Position numbers and translations under genes: made by a program. Positions 12,810 through 25,800 of a DNA stretch of 64,000 nucleotides are shown piece by piece. Source of the DNA: Camelus ferus (taxonomy: Eukaryota). Location of the stretch: contig NC_045697.1 of the NCBI RefSeq assembly GCF_009834535.1, positions 103,418,001 to 103,482,000 on the forward strand, in the 5' to 3' direction. The notes beneath the pieces are model-generated. The model did no database searches. It had not been told where the DNA came from and worked only from the letters and a program-made list of their open reading frames with translations. Every line of letters starts with the position of its first letter. Position 1 is the first letter of the stretch.

Positions 12810-13087
12810 CCGTGCTTCAAAATAGCCAGTCTTGAGTCCTCAGTGGGTTTTGAAATCAGTCTAGGAGGTCTCAGCCAGTATTTTCCTTTTTTAAAGAAAA
12901 AGAACAGAATAGAAAATTGGATTAATCTGTATGGTAAGGGTAAGTATTGTTTTATACAGGCCTTTGTTTCAGTCGTATGGGTGCATGTGTGTATGTTTGC
13001 ACGTGTGGGGACACGCGTGTGTATATACACTGGGTTAGTGGATTTATTACTGGGGGTGATGGTCAAAGAAGCTTGAAGGGCCTTCTG
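12810..13087. mobile_element. MER63-like hAT element
   Basis: agtgggttttgaaatcagtctagg...gtaagggtaagtattgttt...tggtcaaagaagcttgaa. Confidence 0.65.
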
Positions 13088-13497
13088 TGTGACCCCCTCA
13101 GAGCATTAAGGAACGCCTCTGCGGTGTCAATGGGGAGGTAGCTGAGAACGTGCCCTCACCTTGTGCACACGCAGGGAACATGAGCTGGTTCGTATGCAGG
13201 AGGCATATATCCATGACCCGTGCTCTGCAGGGTTAGAATTAGATATTGAGGCAAGTCAGGAATGCAGGCCACTTTAAAGCAGATGGCACCTGGGTATAAT
13301 TTAGAACATGAATGGTCAGTGAGAGAGTTGGGCTGGACATAGTCATTTGGACCAAGTAATTGCATGAGTTATAACAGGGTAGAAATACTGTGGCCTCACT
13401 GCCTGTAGATACTTTGGGAAAGAATGTCTCTTGTTATGAGAAAGAATGTCTCCTATTTATTATGGACAAGAGTTACTTATTGCTCCTTTTGAGAGTA

Positions 13498-13861
13498 TAG
13501 TCATCCCTCAGCTTCCAGGGGGTGAGGAGGGGTGGGGACTGGTTTCAGGACACCCGAGGATACCAAAATCTGCCCATGCTCAAATCCCTTCTATAAAATG
13601 CTGTAGCATTTATATATAACCCACACATATCTCCCCATAGTCTTTAAATCATATCTAGATGACTTATAATACCTAATACAAAGTAAGTGCCATGCAAACA
13701 GTTGTAAATATAATGTAAATGCTAAGTAAATAGTTGCCATTTTGTGGCCAGTTTGTTTTGCTCTTTGGAATCTTCTGGATTAAAAATTTTTTTTTAGTAT
13801 TTTCCATCTGAGGTTAATTGAATCCCTTGATACAGAACCCACGGATACAAAGGGCTGACTG
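13498..13861. mobile_element. MER2-like Tigger element
   Basis: TA-flanked; tagtcatccctc...ggataccaaaatc...acggatacaaagggctgactg terminal inverted repeats. Confidence 0.85.
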
Positions 13862-14559
13862 TAATTCAAGGCATGTGCAGTTATCACTACAATGCAACCA
13901 ATACCATCAATAACTCCCATTTTTGTCTACCTGGCATCAAGTGCCCTCTCAGGTGCCCTGCCTGCATTCTCTTTCATCCTCTCAAAGACCTTACAAGGCT
14001 GTCCTGTAGAAGGTTTACATAGAAAAGGACACAACCATTTGTGGTTCTGAGGGTGGATGGGAAGCTGGTTGCCCTGCACACAAGTGCATAAGACGCCATT
14101 AATTTGGTGGCATTTGCTCAGTCCTTGGCTCTGCAGGCGCAGATGCCCACGGAAGTCAGCACCCCGAGAGTCGGGCTCTCAGACACAGGCCTAAAGCACA
14201 CAGAAGTGTGGACAACCAGAATGCCTGCTGATTAAGTCACGATGAGAATAACCGTGACCCTGCCTGGACTGCGGAAGTGAGTATGAGGATAAGCTTGGGA
14301 ACTCAAAGCCCAGTTAGAAGCTTGAGTGTTGAACTTGGAATCAGAAAAAAAGACGGGAGGTGACCACCAAGGTTTGAATGTTATCAGGTCAAAACGGCCT
14401 GAAGCATCTCTCGGAGGTGAGGGTTGCCTGTCCTCACCCTGCACCCAGGTAAGGTTCTCCGTGAGAGGGGATCCAGGGAATATTTAGGGATCAAAGCAGC
14501 AGCCTGTGCCCTCCTAGCCCCCAGGCTCCGAGCTGAGAACTCCCCCAACCTAAGGAAAG

Positions 14560-14830
14560 AGTAGGGCCAAACTGACTTACCCGCCCAGACGCACCCTGAG
14601 AAGTGGGAGCAGGAGAAAGCAGAAGGCAGCCTCGTGAAGACTTGAGGCTTGTGAGCCGCAGCGCTGGGCGGGCCGATCCAAGAGAGCAAAAGGGTTAGAG
14701 GTGCAGGAGTGGTGCCCCTGACTCCATCACCCCACCCCTGGGCCCAGCAGGCCGGGCATCGATAGGCTGTCCTGAAGCTGGTTAGCTCTTCCTCCTTCTG
14801 GAAGCAGTGAATGAAAGGGTGGTGAGTGTG
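14560..14830. promoter_or_regulatory. CpG-enriched patch with GC boxes and outward-facing splice donors (possible bidirectional promoter)
   Basis: GGGCGG 14666-14671, CCGCCC 14581-14586; minus donor CGG|GTAAGT (GT 14580-14579); plus donor GTG|GTGAGT (GT 14822-14823). Confidence 0.4.
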
Positions 14831-15989
14831 ATCCCAACTGTTTTGGCAATAGTCTGCAAGTTGGGTGGGGGAAGTTCCCCTCATCTGTGAGCCTGAGATA
14901 CGGGAAAGGAAATTAACACTCACAGCCACAAACGGGCAAGCCAAGGCCTGGACTCCTGGCTGTCCTTGGCCAAGTTGCCTCTTTCCCCTCAGTTATTTTT
15001 AGAGGGATGCTCTGAGCTTGGCCTGGGACCCCAAGAAGGCAGGAAAGGCAGACTTGTTCACTGCCTTGAGCGCCGTGCTTAGCACACTCTCAAAATGTGA
15101 ACGAAGCATCTGAATTTGCCTCTTGGCTCTCTCCTTTTCCCCTCTCCCATAGTTCCCAACACGACTATACATTGACCATTATGCCTTTAGCTGCGTTAAT
15201 ATCTTCAGTCAGGTTAGTACAGATGACTTTGAGCAGCGCCGCTCCGTGCAGCAGACACCAGTTCCGTGGTTTAGCTATTGGAAGACAATCTCATTTTCCT
15301 CCATTCCTGATACCAGGTTCTTTATGGGGACATTTCCCTGTGGCTGTAAAGTGCTTACCATCTCATTCGCATCCTTCAGTCCCTTAAGAGCAGAGGCAAA
15401 GTTAAGGTCCAAGGTCACAGGGGAAAAAAGTTACTAGATGGACTGTTTGAACCACTCCTGTTAGACGTCTGTGTTTTCAAGAGAACTACCAGAGAAATTC
15501 AAGCCTTCACAAAACTCCACATTTATTTCCAACCCCACAGCAGTCATGTTGCCAGAGAGAGGAAACTGTTTCTAATTTACACTTGGTAAAGGGCAGCTTC
15601 TGAAAATTTACCTTTGGCGCCCAGAATTTAATTTTACTACGGGGTTAATAATTTTATTTGGGTGGCTCTGTAGCTTAGGTAAGTGAGCAGTGTTTCCGTA
15701 ACTGCTGTGAAGAGAGGCTCTGGATGGGTTGTTGCAGGCACAGCCTGGGGAGACCTGGTGGGGTTACCTGCTGCTGCCAGAAGGCACAGGTGCCAGTTCC
15801 GCCCCCTGCAGCCCCGACCCACCAGATCGGTCTCCAGGGAGATGAGCAGGGCGAAGGCTGATGTCTCTTTGCCTTTTTCTTCCAACTTCCTGCTCTTCCA
15901 TCGCTTCCAGTGCCTTCACACAACTGACCTGGGCTACCCCCTTCCTTTTCTCTTCTCTTTTCAGGTTCTCAAATGACTGGATAACTTTT

Positions 15990-16215
15990 TTTCTTTAATT
16001 TTGTTTTTTATTGAAATGTAGCTGATTTACAATGTTAGTTTCAGGTGTACACCAAAGTGATTCAGTTGTCATATACATACATGTGTATTTTTTTCAGATT
16101 CTTTTCCATTATACGTTATTATAAGAAATTGAATGTAGTTCCCTGTGCTGTAAATTAGGAGTTTGGGGTTAACAGATACATGTTACTATATATAAATAGC
16201 TAAACAACAGGGACA
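15990..16215 (-). mobile_element. 5'-inverted L1 insertion (twin priming)
   Basis: Minus L1 3' end 15990-16150 joined to plus-orientation upstream piece 16151-16215; TSD GGATAACTTTT at 15979-15989 and 16216-16226. Confidence 0.85.
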
Positions 16216-16334
16216 GGATAACTTTTAAAGCCTTTCTTTCCTAATTTCATCCACATCTCCTCAGCTACTCAAATGCACAAAGTTCTCTGTCCAGTTAAGG
16301 AGACAGTGCAAATTTCACCTTTGTGAATGTAGCC

Positions 16335-16520
16335 CATGAAGCCAGACTTCCTGAGGCTTCATCCCAGCTGCCTTGGAGGGTTTTTTAATTTCCTTGTGCC
16401 TCAGTTTCCACCTCTGTAAAATGGGAGTGATAGTAATAGCACCTACCCCGTACGGTTCTTATGAGAATCAAATGAGTTAATACACATAAAGTGCTTAGAA
16501 ATGTTGCTTAACACACACAA
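16335..16520 (+). mobile_element. MIR SINE
   Basis: tgtgcctcagtttccacctctgtaaaatgggagtgatagtaatagcacctacc. Confidence 0.85.
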
Positions 16521-17842
16521 GAGTGTTTGCTGGGGGTGAAAAAAAAAACCAAAACATGTCACAGGTGGGGAAGAATGAATAGGAACGTGAAAATGGGCCT
16601 TAGAACACGAATCATAGTCCATATCCTGTTTCTTTGATTGAGAATGGGAAATACCCTTATATTTAACCCTGGATCTGTTCTTTTTATGTAAGCTGAACTT
16701 AGTACATAAGTATTTGCTCATTTCGTTTTCTTCGTTTGCTCATATTTACTACCGTTTTCTCTTGGCAGAGGGAAAAATCTAGCCCCTTTTGTGAAGAGAT
16801 ATTTCTGGCCAGTTTTTTAATGTTGTTCATAACCATGACTGTTTTTTCATGCCCATGTGATATAACCTAAACGACTGCCCCTGCATCACATGGTTCTTAT
16901 CCCAGGTATGGGGAGAAAAATGCCAGGATATTATGGGGAAGAAAGAAGTAAACATCACCGACCCACCAGTAACCCCCTCCTCCCGTATTCAGTCTTTAAT
17001 TACAGAACTGTATTTATGTACCTATTTAGATAATTACATGTTTACATGTCTTGTCTCCCCTCGATCACAAGCTGGTGTCTGTTCTATGTTATGTATTCTC
17101 AGTGCTCAGAGCAGCGCTATACTTACCTGTGGGTGTGTAGGCACAAGTTGCTGACAAACTGAAGTTGTTAGCAGAAAATCAATATAAATGTACCATACAT
17201 TAAGCAAATCTTACAGAATCCATCCAATTTGCCAGTTTTAAAGGACCAAAATGAAAGGAAAGAATTAAAGATATTGAGAGTGGTTTGCATTTTTCTAATC
17301 CCATTTTCTGCAGAAAGGTCTGAGAGGCACTCTTAAACATACTTTTGTTCTCATATGCACACAGAAGGGATAGATAAATAGATATGCTTATGACATGTGT
17401 ATATGAGACATACAAGCATGTGTGAGAGAGATGTGTATGTGTATGTGTAGACACACACATCTAATGTGTGAATTAGCTATTAAGTTGGTTCACCCGCAAG
17501 GAGGAAAATCACATGGTCAAAATTACCTTAGAAAATTGCATATATCACTTGGGACTCTGTGCTTCAAAGCTTAAGAAAAAGAAGGGTTAGCTTCTTTTAT
17601 TTCTGTTTACATTTTCTCTGTGATCTTGTTCTCTTTGGCTCCCTGGAGTCTAGAGTCTCATTTGAAAGTGGGGTTCATGTAATGGGGTAAAAAAATTTTG
17701 TTTTCCTTTTTTGGGGCATTGAGGTTAGTGAAAAGTAAATGCTTTTAAATGCAACTTCATAGTATAGATATACATATACATACATGTGCATGAATTTATA
17801 TATATGTATACATATATGTCTGTGTGTGTCATATTATAATTT

Positions 17843-17971
17843 GGTTTTTTGTTTTTTGGGGGGGAAGAGTGGTAATTAAGTTTATTTATTTATTTAATAG
17901 AGATACTGGGGATTGAATCCAGGACCTCATGCATGCTAAGCATACACTCCACCACTGAGCTATATCCCCCC
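17843..17971 (-). mobile_element. Vic-1-type SINE
   Basis: A/B boxes on minus strand; TSD CATATTATAATTT at 17830-17842 and 17972-17984. Confidence 0.92.
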
Positions 17972-18739
17972 CATATTATAATTTAAACTTTCATTTTTAT
18001 TACTACATTAAATTCCTACAATAAACTTGTAAAACAAGGTTTCCACTGACAGTTCAGGGACCTGAGAATGTTGAAGGGATTTGCTCACGGCTGGTAGAGG
18101 GTAGAGCCCTCGGTTGGAACTGGAGGAAGAAGCTTAGGGTTTGATGCTCCTCCACTAAAAACACTGCCTCCCCAACGCTCATCACAAATGGTGATAATGA
18201 AGGAGATTTTGAAACTAGGGATAGATGATGTTGTTTTTGCAGCATCGTGTGATCAGAAACCGGCAGGGCCCTTCACGAAATCCTCCTGTACACAGAGGGG
18301 CAAACTGATGCTCAGATAGGCCAAGAGACCTACCCCAGGTCCTCCCTTGTGGATGGAAGGACTAAGAGAGCAAGTCTGGCTCTCCACTCCCAGTCCATTC
18401 CCCCACCTCACCTCCTCGACCTCAGCCAGGGAGGCTAGATCTCAGAATGCAATGAGAAAAATCCTTCTCTGAGTGCTAGGGAGAAATATGAACAGTTACT
18501 TGGAAAATGACAAAGCATGCGTAGATCATTTATGAAGGAAGATACATATATTTCTTAAAAGCTTGACTTACCTTGTCAATGAAAAAAAAGTAAATTAAAA
18601 GAAAAAAACACTTTCACCCAGTAGGTAAAGATTTTATTTATTTTTTACTGCTAATGTTTTGAGGGACAGGACCTCACTGTGTGACAGACACTATCCTAGC
18701 TGGTGGAAGTAAAACTTTTCCAACCAGCCAAGAAAGCAA

Positions 18740-19120
18740 TTAAGTAGTGTGTATCTAGAACCTTAAAAATGTCCAAGGCTTTGGATCTAGCAATCCAAAT
18801 CCTAGGACTGATTTCCAAAGATAATCACATATGTGGCCAAAGGATATTATTTGCAGCATTATTTATAGTAATGAAAAATTGATAATCATGTATGTTCCCA
18901 AGTAAAGTGGTTTAATAAATCAGTGTAAATTCATGTGATGTGATATTATGCAGCTGTTAAAATCATAGCTTTGCAAAAATATTTGATAATTTGGAAAAAT
19001 GTTTATGATACATTAAGTGAAAAAGAGAATCCAAAATTGTATATAATCTGATTCCTATTTTATTGTGAATAGTATATTGAGAAAAGGACCAAAGGAAATC
19101 AATTAGGGGCTAATATTTCT
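18740..19120 (+). mobile_element. Old L1ME-like 3' fragment
   Basis: gcagcattatttatagtaatgaaaaattg...tattatgcagctgttaaaatca. Confidence 0.65.
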
Positions 19121-19240
19121 GGGTGGTGAGCCTTGGAACGTGCTTGGCACATAGTAAGGTTGTGCAATTTTCCATATTTGTTGCTCAAATAAGCAAATGA
19201 ATGAACTGTGGGATTATGGCTAATTTAAATTTTCTTCTCA

Positions 19241-19317
19241 GAGGGGAGGGTATAGCTCAGTGGTAGAGCACATGCTTAGCATGCACAAGGACCTGGGTTC
19301 AATCGCCAGTAGCTCCA

Positions 19318-19357
<40 letters not shown>

Positions 19358-19423
19358 ATATCTTAATTACCTCCCCCCTCTAAAAAACAAAACAAACAAA
19401 CAAACAAAAAGAACAAACAAGAA
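19241..19423 (+). mobile_element. Vic-1-type SINE with (AAAT)n linker
   Basis: GGGGAGGGTATAGCTCAGTGGTAGAGC...; TSD TAAATTTTCTTCTC at 19226-19239 and 19424-19437. Confidence 0.93.
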
Positions 19424-19731
19424 TAAATTTTCTTCTCCATAGTTTTTGAAGTTTCCCAGATTTTACACAGTAAGAATACATTCTTTCTATTATTATAAAA
19501 ATTTACCATTATAGAAAAGGTATAATATGTTGACACTGAGTGAACAAGACAGGAAAACTGAAGTTCTTTTGTTCAGTTTCCTTTATTGTTATTGTTTCCA
19601 AAAGTTCAAAATATTAGGACTCAATATAGGCTCAGTGCCTTTTTCATGGGGAGGCTGGATGGATCCCTTTAAAAATTAGTTTGCTCTCCATTCCTACCTT
19701 AGTGATCCTAGTTAATAGAATTTCATCTTTC

Positions 19732-20067
19732 AAGACAAATGTTACATGATGTCACTCATATGTGGAAATTAAAAAGTAATAAAAGTGAAGCTATATACAA
19801 AACAGAATCAGACTCCTAGACATAGCAAAAAACCTTACGGTTACTAAAGGGGAAGGAGGGAAGGATAAATTAGGAGTACGAGATGAATGGATACCAACTA
19901 CCAGACATAAAACAGAGAAGCAACAAGGATGTACTGTATAGCACAGGGAACTATATTCAGTATCTTGTAACAACCTAAATGGAAAATAATATATATATAA
20001 ATGAACCAATTTGCTGTACACTTGAAACTATCATAATATTGTAAGCCAAGTATGCATCAAAAAAGAA
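19732..20067 (+). mobile_element. Cetartiodactyl-type L1 3' end
   Basis: aagacaaat...tatgtggaa...gtatagcacagggaactatattcagtatcttgta...A tail. Confidence 0.88.
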
Positions 20068-20089
20068 ACCATCTGCTGAAGAGCACCCC

Positions 20090-20638
<549 letters not shown>

Positions 20639-22529
20639 GCCCTCAAAATTAAAATCATTATAAAAAGCTCTTTCCAGTTTTGCAGAGATTTTTGTTTTGC
20701 TGCATAACTTTTAGACATACCCAAAGCTTGTGTCATTTCTGTATGAACAGGGACATTCCAGAAGGCAGAAGATAGTTAGGGCTGTGTCTGTGCTACGGTA
20801 TCTCGATATGAAACAACTATCCTGCAGGACTTTTGATCCCAGTCTCATTGGCACCATACATTAACCAAGCCACTTTCTATGTACTAGAGATCACAGTGGG
20901 AGCTTACAGTGTAGGGTTATGGATGGCTCAGATCAACCCACTTATTATTTCTGAAAAACAATTCTAAGCTCAAAGCCTATAGCTGGAAGGCAATTGAGTT
21001 ATAGTCATCAAGGGCAGCCCAGTTTCTTTCCAGTTATCATTTCTTTAGAAAGTCAAAAATAAGTTGTTATGCGTCATTACCAAGCATGAGCAAACTGGTG
21101 CAGAAATGATAAAAGAACATACCTCTTTACCGAGACACATCGCCCACTTATTTTTTATAATTTAGTAATTTTTCATAATCTTTCATAACTTACTAGGGCA
21201 GAAATTGCCCAAAAAATTACTATCAAATTATCACTAGCTTTCTTGCAAAGGCAGAGGGAAAATTTTAAAGTTTTACCAGAGGTGAGGTTTCAAATTGGGA
21301 AATTACCGAGGAACCACGGGGAAACTATGTACCTGTTCCAAGCAGAGAGATTATATTAAAATTATTTTGACATTTAAAAGAGCATCAGTTACGTGGCTGA
21401 ATCAGATACCTGGCTGAAGTCAAATCAGACATTCTCATGTCAGCACATAAAGCAAGATTCTACTTAGTTCCTGCTCTCAAGCAGCCCATTAGAACTTATT
21501 GCATATTTTATAAGTAATTGAGCTATTAAGATTATTTTGAACAGCGAGGTTACCTGCCATTGCAGGCTATTTAGAAATCTATATCTATAGATAAATTAGC
21601 TAAATATGATATTAAATTTGTTTTCTATGGCCATTTATGTAAGAGTTAACGTGGAACACTGTGCCTGACCCAGTCACTTAATATGGAATCACGTGAGACT
21701 GTGTTAGGCGTCTCCAAGCCACAAACACTAGCTAAATAGATCGCTGCTTTATTTCTGAGCAGAAGTGAGCAGTCTTTGGCGTAAACAGTTACCTGTAAGA
21801 TCAGAGGGCGAAAAACATCCTCTCTGATGGAAACATTCACTCTGGGCAAGACTCAGGGCTGAGTGGTTTACCTCCATGACTTGTCAAATAATGAAATTGC
21901 CTGCAGTGATAATTGGTCCTAAAGGCCTTCTAGACACTTACGCATTTTGTCTTAACTACCAAATAAATTTTTGATGAGCATCTCCTAGGTGCTGAGTGCT
22001 ATGGGAGATAAATAATTAAGCAATGACTCAAACCCTAATTCTGTCCACAGTGTGCTTTCTCTCAAGTCAATGGGAGGACCGCACGTCTAGCCACGTAATT
22101 TTCGTTTAAGAAGAAAGTGTTAAGTGTAATTAGCAGAAGTGACAGCACAGTTATCATCTAGTTACACAGCTGTGGGAGTTTAAAGGAAGGAGCAATCATA
22201 TTTTAATTGGGTTAAAGCATTAAGTCACCTTAGGAAGATTAACAGATTGACAGGGACGAGATTATTTTATGGGTAAATTGCTACCACCATCTATGATCTC
22301 AGCAATGATTTCAAAACATTTGCAATTGTACGGGCCAACAGTAAATAACATTTTGGGTAGAAACTCCGAAGAATGTCTATTTATATTTTGTTCTGCACAC
22401 GTATTGCTGTATTAATACATCATGTGATAGCATAACACACAAAATAGATCTCTTTAAAGGATGATCTAAGTTGGACATAAGCAAATATTCAAAAATGTCC
22501 ATTAATTTCTGTTCATGCTGTACAATTTT

Positions 22530-22883
22530 TTTTCTTGAAAATGCTATTTTTAATCAGTGCAATGTGTCTGAATATACTTCATTATTTTTGAAAACTGTGG
22601 TGAGACATTTTGTGATACAGCAATTCAAGGGTCTCCTTCCAAGGGTCTCCTCCTTGTTTTGTCATCTGCTTTCATGGCTGTCATAGCTGAGAAAGACGTT
22701 TCATAGACGCAATCTGAGCTTGATGGATACATCTAAAGTGAAATGTAGGTGCACGATGGTAGATATCCTTCCACATTTCTGGCAGTCTTCTTGATATTTC
22801 CGATTTGGTGGGAACAGCTTTGTGTTAGATGCAAACAGATCTTCTTGGTTTTTTCTTTGTAATGTGGCTGAAGAAACCCCGTT
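22530..22883 (-). other. Candidate terminal exon of the minus-strand transcript
   Basis: gctgac (branch-like) acttgtatttctag|AACGG acceptor at 22885-22884; ATTAAA on minus strand at 22554-22549; lies in repeat-poor sequence. Confidence 0.35.
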
Positions 22884-25800
22884 CTAGAAATACAAGTGTC
22901 AGCTCTGTCATTATCTTGTTTGATTTTGCCTTAGTAGGATCTTCAATCAGAAGGTTTTTTCCCTATAATCTTTTTAAGTCATGTGCATATTTTGTGAGGC
23001 TAGTGTACAGAAAATTAGATACTATGATCGATAAATCCACCCAACCTGGCATGAATCAATGCCGGTAGGTTGCCGGACATTGGAAAAGTAGGAAGCAGTG
23101 GGATGCCCCAGCCAAACCCCCAGACTGTGAAGCCCCTGCTCTTCCAACATCTCTGCCTAGTGTGGGTGCCGCTGTCTGCCCATAGATCAAGTATTTTGTA
23201 ATGCCTATTTCCCTTCCTTTTAAGATCATCGATTTTGAAATGTTTTAACGTTTTCTCTTCACACCCCAGTGACTGCGTTGGGAATCCAGTGAGGTGCAGG
23301 CTCACACCCCAGTTTGGAGCCCTTCAAACAATCAGACAGGCTCTCCCCTCAGCAACAGAGTCAGGGGACGGGGCGGGCAAGACGCCCCAGGATGGAGCCC
23401 TGAAGTGGCGCTTTTTCCCTGGCCAGTAGAATTCCAGGTGTTTACAAAGACACCTAGCCCTTACGTTGCAACGACACAACTTCTTTTTGCTCTGGGGGAC
23501 CCCTTTGATGATATAAGCAGATATACTCTATCCTAATCTCCAAGTCTCCTTAAGTTTTAAACCTGGGTCCACAGAGTCATTAGCCCGATGGATTAGAGCC
23601 CTCCTCCCCGCTCGCACCACTTGTGCAACACAGAACACGAGGCTCCTGTTTGTTTGTCATCAGCGTTAGAAGTTTGATAAACAGTTTTAATACCAAGTGC
23701 CAAATATCTGTGTTTGTGGATGTGTCAAAACAGATGGTCCATGTTGTTCTCTTCTTACTTCTCAGACTCAGAATGAAACACTGCCCTCTCTAGGATGTCA
23801 CTTATTCTGAGGACGCCACCATGGCTCAGCCTCTGGGGCTGCCAACACGCCTGGTCCCTTCCAGCTCCTTCAGAGACCAGAGAGCATGTGCCGTTTACTA
23901 TTTAATGCGTGTCTCTGATCAGCCCCCAGACGCCAGCCGTGTCCCCCAGCTCTCTTCACTCCACCAGGTAGTTTTCATTTGATCTGAGGATGTTTGTATG
24001 ACACCCAATTCAAATTCGGTTAAATATTGTTTGGTATCTTCCCAGAGGAGCACAGCACCCACATCTGTGGTTATTAAACTTTCCGGGTCACCAGCTCCTT
24101 CGAGGAACTAGGCAATGTTTAATCAGGAAAAATGCTCAAGCACAAACATTTTGTATAGAGTTTCAAAGAGGGGCTACTTTGTATCCTTTCTGAAGTTCAC
24201 CTTAAACCAGGACTGTTTTCAAAACTGAATTTACTGAGTTAATAGCCCGACAAACCAATTCAGAGCAGAACTGACTGTTTTAGGTTTTAAATTTTTATTG
24301 CAGTTTCCTCCAGTGAGTCAGCTCTGAACAGTTATGACATGATTATGGTATGTCTCTTTATATTGCCTAGAATGGTTAAGGACTGTTTGTTATGGTATAA
24401 TGTTTATCCTTAAAGACATAGTTACAAAGGCCTTTGCTTTATAATTTGGTTGTCACTGAAGCCTGTACACAGACTGCTAGTTGTTTACCCAAATCAATCT
24501 CCCCCCTTTTTCCTCACTAAGAGAACCCTGATTTTGTTGGGGACATCAGTGTATTCAGCTGAAAACCTACATTTCCCAGCCTCCCTTGTGGACAGAGATG
24601 CCACATGGCTAGATGATCACCAATGCTGATTTAAAGAATGCTCCTTAAAATGGGCTGACTCAGCTGGAAGGTGCTCTCTTGCCTCCCGCCTCCCACCCTA
24701 TTCTTTCTTTTTCTTGTCAAGAATACAGATGTCATGGCTGGAGCTCCTGTAGCCATTTTATAGCCATGAGGCAACATTGGGAAAGAAATTCACTGCTCTA
24801 GGCAGATGGCAGAACAGAGAATGAGAAAGAGACTGAGAAACTTATAACCTTGAAGCCTCTAACCAGCCCTGGGCCTCCTCCCTTTGGATCTCTAGTCTTC
24901 AAGTTACATGAGAGAGAAGAAGAAATTCTGACCTTCAGCACATAAATAAATAAATAGTTGTATATATACACACACGTACACACATCCATGCAGCTTAAGC
25001 ACATTCTTTGACTGATAGATGCTTCATATATATATATACATATATAATATGTATATAATATACATACACACACACATATATATATACTTTTTTTTCTTTA
25101 ATGGAGGTACTGGGGATTGAATCCAGGACTTCACACATACTAAGCACGTGCTCTACCACTGAGCTATACCCCACCCCTTCATATATACTTTTCTAAAAAG
25201 TCTATGAATGTTAAAAAGCAAATTCTGCCTCCTAAAAAAACTGATAATTTTAGCAAATTCAGCAAAGTCTTTTGAAAATGAGTTATTAAATGACCTATTT
25301 GGGAAGTATCATCAAAAAAATGTATATTAGTGGTGAGCATACAAATTATATATTCTTGCAAAAATTCCCAGTTCAGAAGTATTCATGTCTTTTGATGTTG
25401 TCTCTCACTTGCCCTCTCCCCCAAAACCTTCTTCCTGAGAATAAGCACTTGCCTCCATTTCTTGCTGCTGCTGTCACAAATGATTACAAATGTAATGGTT
25501 TAAACAAATCCCCCACAAATTTATTATCTTACAGTTCTGGAGGTTGGAAATCTACAATGGGTCTTGCTGGGCCAAAAGCAAGGTGCTGCCAGGGCTGAGT
25601 TCCGTTCTGGAGAGAATGCATTTCCCTTGCCTCTTACAGCCTCTAGGGCTGCCTGCCTGCATCCTGGGCTCCCGGCTCCCCTCCATCTCCAAAGCCAGCG
25701 TGGCTGGTCCAGCCTTTCTCACACCCATCACTCTGGCGCTGACTCTTCTTCCTTCTTCTGTCACGTATAAGGACCTTTGTGATTATATTGGGGCCCCCTG

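Noticed and set aside
14384..14944. Longest ORF (186 aa, minus strand)
   Set aside because: Non-ATG start, no recognisable domain, GC-rich composition favours chance ORFs, and it is crossed by a strong splice donor
17121..17165. Strong minus donor CAG|GTAAGT at 17126
   Set aside because: Lies in an L2-like remnant with no convincing acceptor; such donors occur by chance at this density
22626..22651. 12-bp direct repeat CAAGGGTCTCCT x2
   Set aside because: Simple local duplication; only two units, not an array
23397..23412. CTCF-like GCCCTGAAGTGGCGCT (similar at 8521 and ~29240)
   Set aside because: Mismatches at key 5' core positions; cannot be supported without PWM scoring or ChIP
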